The notes beneath the pieces are model-generated. The model had not been told where the DNA came from, ran no database searches, and was given only the letters and a program-made list of their open reading frames with translations. This document shows positions 56,849 to 64,000 of a stretch of 64,000 bases of DNA, piece after piece (position 1 is the stretch's first letter; the number at the start of each line of letters is the position of its first letter). This stretch comes from Lama glama (lineage: Eukaryota), in the NCBI GenBank assembly GCA_028534125.1, contig CM052823.1:1922001-1986000 (forward strand), written 5' to 3'. The position numbers and the translations under genes were made by a program.

Positions 56849-59499
56849 GTATGTATATGTTTTCTGTTGCCATACCCCTGCTGCCGCTTTCACATCCACA
56901 GTCAGCATGCGTCCTATTCTGCGTTGGTTCGTCTTCCAGTTCCCTCAGCTCAGTGGACAGAGAGGCGTCAGGAGAGGCGGGTGCGCGGCTTCTGCAGTTG
57001 AGAGGGTGGTCCCAGTGCCGCTCCCCGGGCCAGCTCGGGGTGGGCTCGCCCGGGACCACCCGCCTGCTTCCCTCCTGAGCCGCCCGCCGCACCCTTCTCT
57101 CCCCACGGGCTCTGCGGGGCCCTCCCTGGGCAGGAGGTGAGGTGGGTGGAAGCAAGGACCTGCGCTTTGTTGATTTTTTAAGACGTTTCTTGTGACGAGG
57201 TATAAACTTACATGGTAATGAAAACAAGCTAAAGGTTTTCAGCGGCCAGAAAAAACTCAACTCCGACTTTCAGGTTAGAGTTCCTCTCGGGACAGATGTT
57301 TTTCCAGGCGGTAGGAGCTGTTGTGGAAGACAGTTTGGTTCAATTTAACTGTCTTCTTTGTGAAAGGTGGTGCTGGGTGGAAGGTGTGAAGCCCCTCGGG
57401 CTTGGAGAGCAAGGGCCCTGGAGGCCGGGCTCCGGGGGGCGCTTAAAGACTCTGAGCCTCTCGTTCTGCTGCTTGGTACAGTGAGGTGGCCTGCGTCGCC
57501 ACACCAGCAGGTCGGAGGGGAGCGGGGGACGAGGCCGGCCACGGGACACGTGGGTTTCCAGCTGGCTGGGGATGGGGTTGGCTGGGAGCTGGGTGTCATA
57601 GTTTTCCTTAATTCCCCAAAAGTACAAGCTTGTGTCTGCTCTGGCAGGCCGGCTGAGTCCCCAGGGCGCAGGGACCGGGAGCCCAGGCCTGTGAGGGGAG
57701 CTGCTGGCCTCCAGCTCTCAGAGGCTGCTGGGCGTTCCCGCCTCGCTGGCCCTCGGCCAGGGCCCGCAGGAAGGCCGCGGGCCTCTCCCAGCTTCGCCTC
57801 CTCACCTCACCCCCTTGTCTTTGGGGGCAGTGGTACAGGAGTGGCTTCAGAGCCACACGAGCTCCCTTCATCAGCGCCTTTTTCTCCAGAAATGTAATTT
57901 TTTTTGAGGAGTCTAGTGTCGAACAGGATGCAGGCCCCAGAGTCCGATGCTCTACGCCTTGGCCGTGGGTGACCCGGTGTGGACACCCGAGGGTCTTGTG
58001 TTCTCCTCTGATTCCAGTTTTTGCTCCACCTTTGTGCTTTTTTTTCTCCTCCGTGCACAGTACGGGCAGTTTTAGGGTTGGCAAAAAGAAACTCAGTAAC
58101 TCTCAGGAAGGAGAACTAAACCTGTTGCCTCCTTGCCCCGAGCCCAGTGCTGGGCACTTGTGTGTCCTCACCCCTCCTGTCCCGCAGGGAAGGTCGATCA
58201 GCCCCACCTTACCGGGGAGGACACTGAGGCCCACGCGGTGAGGTCCTGCATAAGCCACGCAGCAGGGGTGGGCGCGGGATCAGGCCTGTCAGAACACACG
58301 TGTGTGGGCGTTTTAGTTTACTTTTTCTTTAGAGCTGACATCTCTGTTTATCACTTTATCAGCAGATGGGCCACACACGTCCCTTCCTGGCACCCACGTG
58401 CTCCCCGGTGAGAGGTGGTGCCTCCCCGCCCCCTTGTGGGGGAAGGGCTCCTGGACGTTTCTTCAGGCCCGCTGATTGCTCTGACCACCTTCCTGTGGGT
58501 GGCTCTCAGAAAGAAGGCCTCGTGGCATGGCTGAAATGTCGCTTCTGGGACAGTTTGCCGACTAGTTCCAGCGCCTGTGTCTTGTTTCCTAAGCCCGCTT
58601 GTACTTTCTGTTTTGTATTCAGAAGAACAGGTGCGGCCGGGCAGCCCAGCCGGGATCTGTAACAGCAGCAGAGCAGAAGCTCTTGAGAAACCGCTTTCCG
58701 TTAGTCAAGTGTGGCAGGGTAAAGGGTAACTTCTGGCTCCGGAAGGTAGAAGGCGGGGAACCAGGGCAGGGCTCCCGCCGTCGCCAGCCCGGGTGACCAG
58801 CAGGCTGAGGCACCGCTGGTAGTTCCGGTGTCCCTCCCGCCGTCCTGCACGGGGAGGGTCCTCGGTCTCGTGTCTCTGGCACACTGGGCGGCTTTCCGTC
58901 CCCGCCTGAAACATAGCACCACTTAGAGGAGGGGGAGATGGCTCTGGCCGCAGAGCCACCATGGGGAACAGCTGCCGCCACTGACCTGTCATGCTGAGAC
59001 CAGACCACCAGGGGGACACCTGCAGACACCCCTGTGGGCCCTGTGATCACCCAGAGCTTGGCAGTAGTTTCTGAGTGGGGATCTGAAATACTTACCCAGG
59101 AATCTGACTTCGCATCTGTTAGAAAAAACGTTGGGCCCGCCTGAGTTTCAGATGTGCAACTTCAGCCTGAGGTAATAAGCTGCAGTGATGGTAAAGCTGA
59201 ATGGGAAGGCTGAGGTTTTAAACAAGTCATCGCTGGCATCTCTGCGGTGGTGGCAGATGCTGTCAGCTGCAGAGCTGACGGGGATGCCCCAAACGCTGGT
59301 GTGTCTGCACTTGGAAGTCGAGGCTCCTTATCTAGAGTGGGATGTGAAGGCACCTCCGGTCTGAGCCGTGTAGCCACCTTGGGGGGCGGCCCTCCCGCCC
59401 TCAGGAAGCTCCAGGGTGCGGGGTTGGGCCGCGGCCCTCCCGGTGGACGGCAGGTGGGGCCGGCCTGGCTGCTCACCCACTTTGCTTCGTCTGCACCAG

Positions 59500-59597
59500 G
59501 TTGCAGCTCTTCACACGTCACAGTGTACAGCGAGTACGGCGTGGACGTCTTCGACGTGCGCACCATGGAGTGGGTGCAGACCATCGGCCTGCGCAGG
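59500..59597 (+). CDS. CDC42BPB: exon 31 (98 nt) (S)[32 protein letters not shown]; CNH
   Basis: gcaccag| ... AGG|gtgagc. Confidence 0.96.
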
Positions 59598-59679
59598 GTG
59601 AGCACCGGCGGTGTGGGCGCCCCACCCTCACCTGCGTCCCGTGCCCCCAGCTACCGCCCCTCTCTGGTTTCCGCCGCAG

Positions 59680-59764
59680 ATCCGCCCACTGAACTCGGAG
59701 GGCAGCCTCAACCTCCTCAACTGCGAGCCTCCCCGCCTGATCTACTTCAAGAGCAAGTCTGCGG
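59680..59764 (+). CDS. CDC42BPB: exon 32 (85 nt) [28 protein letters not shown]
   Basis: ccgcag| ... G|gtgagc. Confidence 0.96.
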
Positions 59765-59849
59765 GTGAGCCCTCCTCACAGGGGCAGGGCGGGCGGGTGG
59801 GAGGGTCCTGCCCCAAGACGGGCCCCGCACCGGGAGCACGAGGTCCTGA

Positions 59850-60002
<153 letters not shown>

Positions 60003-60090
60003 TAGGGCCTCCCTGAGGCACGGCCGGGGCCGTGGTGGAGCCCAGAGGACCTTGCCATGTTCCTGAGTCACTCATGTGTTCTTTCCCCAG

Positions 60091-60208
60091 GGAGATGCTT
60101 AGAGACCCGGAATTGAGATCCAAAATGATATCCAACCCCACCAACTTCAATCACGTGGCCCACATGGGCCCGGGTGACGGGATGCAGGTGCTCATGGACC
60201 TGCCTCTG
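60091..60208 (+). CDS. CDC42BPB: exon 34 (118 nt) [39 protein letters not shown]; CRIB
   Basis: ttccccag| ... |gtgagc; CRIB consensus ISxPxxFxHxxHMG. Confidence 0.97.
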
Positions 60209-60611
60209 GTGAGCTCGGCGCCTCCCTCCCTGTCGCACCTGTGCGGGGGCCGGTGCGTCCCAGGCCCTGCCAGGGTGTCAGAAGGAAGTAACTGTCAGAA
60301 CGATGGCTAAATAGCATCTTACTGTGGGCAGGTAGCCTACTTTGTTTTCTTTCTCACTTCAAAACCTATAGGATTTCTGTGGGATTTAACTTGGCCTAAA
60401 ACTGCTACTGCCATTTCTTAGTTCAGAACTGGTGAGACTCCACTGTCCAGAAAGCCTTCCCTGCCCGTTTTGCTGGTTGGGTCCTGGGGCCCCGGCCTGG
60501 TTGTGCTGCAGATTTGGCGGCTGTCCAGCGGGCGGGCTGGACTCAGACATGCTCTGCCCTGGGCCCGTCGTCGCCCCATGGCAGTACTGACGTGCTGCTC
60601 TCCCTGCCCAG

Positions 60612-60717
60612 AGCGCCGTGCCCCCATCCCAGGAGGAGAGGCCCGGCCCTGCGCCCGCCAGCCTGCCCCGCCAGCCTCCGCCCAGGAACAAGCCCTACAT
60701 CTCGTGGCCCTCATCAG
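60612..60717 (+). CDS. CDC42BPB: exon 35 (106 nt) [35 protein letters not shown]
   Basis: ctgcccag| ... G|gtaccc. Confidence 0.94.
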
Positions 60718-60804
60718 GTACCCAGGCCGCCGTGGGCAGGGGCTCCGGGCTTCCATTCAGCTTTTACCTTCTTTCCCTAAGATGACGGCTGCCTCTGTCC
60801 ATAG

Positions 60805-60875
60805 GTGGATCCGAGTCCGGAGTGGCCGTGCCCCTAAGAAGTATGTCTGATCCCGACCAGGACTTTGACAAAGAG
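60805..60875 (+). CDS. CDC42BPB: exon 36 (71 nt) (G)[23 protein letters not shown]
   Basis: gtccatag| ... GAG|gtacgg. Confidence 0.94.
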
Positions 60876-62079
60876 GTACGGCTTGCCGGGTGACAGGGGA
60901 TGAGGCCTGGGCGTCTGCAGCTCCACGCGTGGAGGAGACTCGAAGCAGCTATTCTTTGGAGAAAGGTGCTCCATCTCCCGGGGCAGCCGTGTAGGCCCTG
61001 GCGGTCACCAGCGCCCGGAAGCCTCCGCTCATGCTGCCCAGGCTGTGCCGAGGGACGGGGCCCCACGGGCTCTCTGGCTGTGAGCCTGTGAGGAGAATGG
61101 TGTAGGTGCTCGGCTCCCGAGCCACCCGACTCCCCGCCCACACCTGCCGGCCTGCGCTCTCCTGGCGAGGTCTGAGCTCGGAGTGGGCTGCGGGCAGGCG
61201 CGGCCCGCTGCCCTGGGGCGCCGCCCGGAGGGGCCGTCGCCTGCACAGCTGAGGAGCACACGCCTTCCTGTGAGAAGTGCGGGGGCTCCTCCCACCTGGG
61301 CTCGTCCGTGTGGTTTTGTCCACTTAGCTGTGACAGCAGAGGGTGCGTTCCTTTTAAAGCACAGGGAGCCTGGTGCGTCTGGGGGCCTCTCCTCTCTCCT
61401 GACTGCAGCCACCGGAGGCGGAGCGTGGGGACTGAGGCGGGGCACCCTGCTCAGGCTTCCCTGGGGCGTTCCCTCCGCGGCGGCGGCGGTATTCCCGGGC
61501 ACCTTGAGGTGTGCCTCCCGCACCCCAGCTTCCCCGTGAGCCGTGCGTGAGGGTGGGTGGCGGAGGGACGGCACTGAGGGCCTCCCGCCCGCGGGAGCGC
61601 TTCTGTGGGAGGGAGGCGCAGGGCCGGGTGCTCTGGTCTGCCCCCTAAAACCAGCCCCGGCTGGGACGGCGCACACTCACGGGGGCTGCTGGGCTGTCGC
61701 ACAGGTTCCCGGTTCTTGCTGAGGTTGGCCGTCTTCAAACATGAATTGGCCGGTTCTCCTCCGAGGTCCGTGCACCCCTCACCTGTCTCTGTGCTTTTCT
61801 TACTGGTTTATAGAAACTCTACAAATGGTGCATATTATCCGCTGCAAATACTTTTCCCGTTACCACTGATGTTTTAATTTTCTCTCTAATTTTAAGGCTG
61901 TTTTATTGTACGAAAACTTCAAATTTTTATGCAGTCTAATCTACTTGTCTTTTTCAATTAAGGTAACATTCTTTTGTAGTCTCTTTGAGAGCTTGGCAGG
62001 GTTTTCTTTTCTGTTTGTCATTGTGACGTGTAGTTCTGTACACGTAGGTGTGACGCACCACAGCTAAGTGTGTAGAACT

Positions 62080-63700
62080 ACACCTTGGGTGTATACCTCG
62101 AAGTGGAATTGCTGGGTAATATGGTAACTCTGTTTAAGTTTTTGAGGAACCACCGAATTGTTGTTCACAGCAGCTGCACCGCTTTACATTACCACCAGCA
62201 ATATACGGAGATTAAGGTTTCTCCACATCTCTGCCAACACTTTTTTCTTTTTCTTTCTCTAATTTAATAGCTGTTCTAGCAGGCATGGAGCTGCATCATC
62301 GTGGCTTTGATTTGCGTTTCCTTGATGATTAGAGATGTCACGCCCCCTTTCACGTGCTTGCTGGCCAGCTGTGTGCCTTCTCGGGAGAAACGGCTGTTCA
62401 GATCTTCTGCTCAGTTTTTAATTGGATTGTCTTTTGTTGTTGGGTTGTAAGAAATTTTTTGTATAATATGGATACCAGACCCCTATCAGATACGATTTGC
62501 AAAAATTTTCTCCTGTCCTTTGAGTTGTCTTTTCACATTCTTAATAATGTCTTTTGATTTACAAAAGTTTCTAATTTTGATGAAGTCCAGTTCATGTTTT
62601 TTCCTTTTGTCACTCATGCTTTTGGTGTTGTATCTAAGAATCCATCGCCAAATCCCAGGTTACGAAGATTTAGTCCTTTTTTCTTCTTAAGAGTTTTGTG
62701 GTTTCAGCTTTTGTATTTAAGTCTTTGATCCATTTTGAGCCAGTTTTGTATGTGGTGTGAGGTAGGGGTCTGGTTTAATTTTTTTGCATGTGGATGTCCA
62801 TCACCGCCTGCTGAAGAAACTGCTCTTTCCCCCATTGAATGGTGTAGGCACCCTCATCAGAAGTCAGTTGGCCATGGTTTACAGACACGTCTCTGGACTC
62901 TGTCCTCTTCCATTGGTCTGTGTACTAGTATTACTACACTGTCCTTGATGACTGTTGTTTTTTGTAGTACATTTTGAAGCAGTAAGTTTGGGAAGTGTGA
63001 GTTCTCCAGCTTTTTCTTATTCAGCATTATTTTGACTATTCTGTCATTTGCAGTTCTGTATGAATTTGAATATTGGCTTTTCCAATTCTACAAAAAAAAA
63101 CCTTGGAATTTCAATAGGGATTGCATTGAATCTGTAGATCACTTTGGAGAATGTTGCCGTCTTAACAATAAGTAGTCTTCCAGTGCGTGAAAACAGGGTA
63201 TCTAATTATTTAGGTGGTCTTTAGTTTCTTTCGGCAATGTTTTCTAGTCTCAGTATACAAATCTTTCACCTCCAAATGTAACTGATTTATTCCCTGCTGT
63301 ATTTTATCCTCTAATTTTCTTTTCAGGCTGTTCCTTGCTGGTGTGTAGAAATACAACTGATTTCTGTGTGTTGATCTTGTACCCTGCAGCTTTACTGGAT
63401 TCGCTACATTCTTGTGTATGAGTTCTTTAGTATTTTCTGTGTATGTAGAACTGTGTCATCTGTGAGCAGAGACGGTTGTATTTCTTTTCCAAACTTGATT
63501 TTTCTGAGTGCTCAGCTGGAACAGCAGTGCTGAGTAGCGGCAGTGAAAGCAGGCAGCTTTGTCTCATTCCTCCTCTGAGGGGAGCCTCGGTCTCTCACCG
63601 CTGAGTTAGGAAGTCAGCTGTGGGTTTCTCAGGGACACCCTTTGTCGCGTTGAGAAAGTCCCCGTTTCCAGTGCTCTTATCATGACAGTGTCGGGTACGT
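62080..63700 (-). mobile_element. L1M (MA/MB-like) ORF2/3' fragment in intron 36
   Basis: gaagtggaattgctggg; tttgatttgcgtttccttgatga; tgcaaaaattttctcc; ttttgatgaagtcca; gggattgcattgaatctgtagatcactttgg. Confidence 0.85.
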
Positions 63701-63957
63701 GACCTCTGACCACTTGGTTGTGTGGTTTCCTCCTTTTGTAGTTGCTGAGTCATTTGTGGGGTTGGGCCGAGGGTTATGCTCTCTCCCCGGCACGGTTAAT
63801 GACCACGTGAAAAGTTCATAGAGTGTGTGTTCTCGTAACGAGAGGAGCAGCAGTGGCCACCCCTGTCCCCCACAGATGTGCACATCTGGCTGGGCAGCAC
63901 CCCCTCCCTGTGCCCAGGGTGACTGGTTCTCATCTGTCCCCTACTTTGTCTTAACAG

Positions 63958-64000
63958 CCTGATTCGGATTCCACCAAACACTCGACCCCATCGAACAGCT
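63958..64000 (+). CDS. CDC42BPB: exon 37, start only: PDSDSTKHSTPSNS...
   Basis: ttgtcttaacag| acceptor; matches recalled C-terminal tail; cut by window end. Confidence 0.94.

Noticed and set aside
60755-60804. Upstream acceptor ccctaag| at 60781 giving DDGCLCP-stop (NMD candidate)
   Set aside because: It would leave a 64-nt intron, around or below the usual mammalian minimum; ccctaag more likely serves as branch point for the 60804 acceptor.

Overview
Mammalian genomic DNA, most likely a camelid, judging by two tRNA-Ala-derived SINEs resembling camelid Vic-1. The window lies inside one + strand gene, CDC42BPB (MRCK-beta, myotonic dystrophy kinase-related Cdc42-binding kinase beta). I traced 36 coding exons (2-37, numbered on the recalled human 37-exon structure) with GT-AG boundaries and consistent phases, 4875 nt of CDS in the window. 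They encode the AGC kinase domain, coiled coils, C1, PH, CNH and CRIB domains. Exon 1 lies upstream, exon 37 runs off the end, and a 156-N gap interrupts exon 30. Introns hold old repeats (L1M, L2, MIR, MLT1, MER8, MER58, Charlie1) and microsatellites. I found no convincing new biological system. The best leads are splice-level: a candidate cassette exon in intron 21, an in-frame competing donor in exon 16 that would remove one coiled-coil heptad, and a 72-nt intron with competing G-quadruplex and mirtron-like folds. Human comparisons and repeat family names come from memory, not from alignments.
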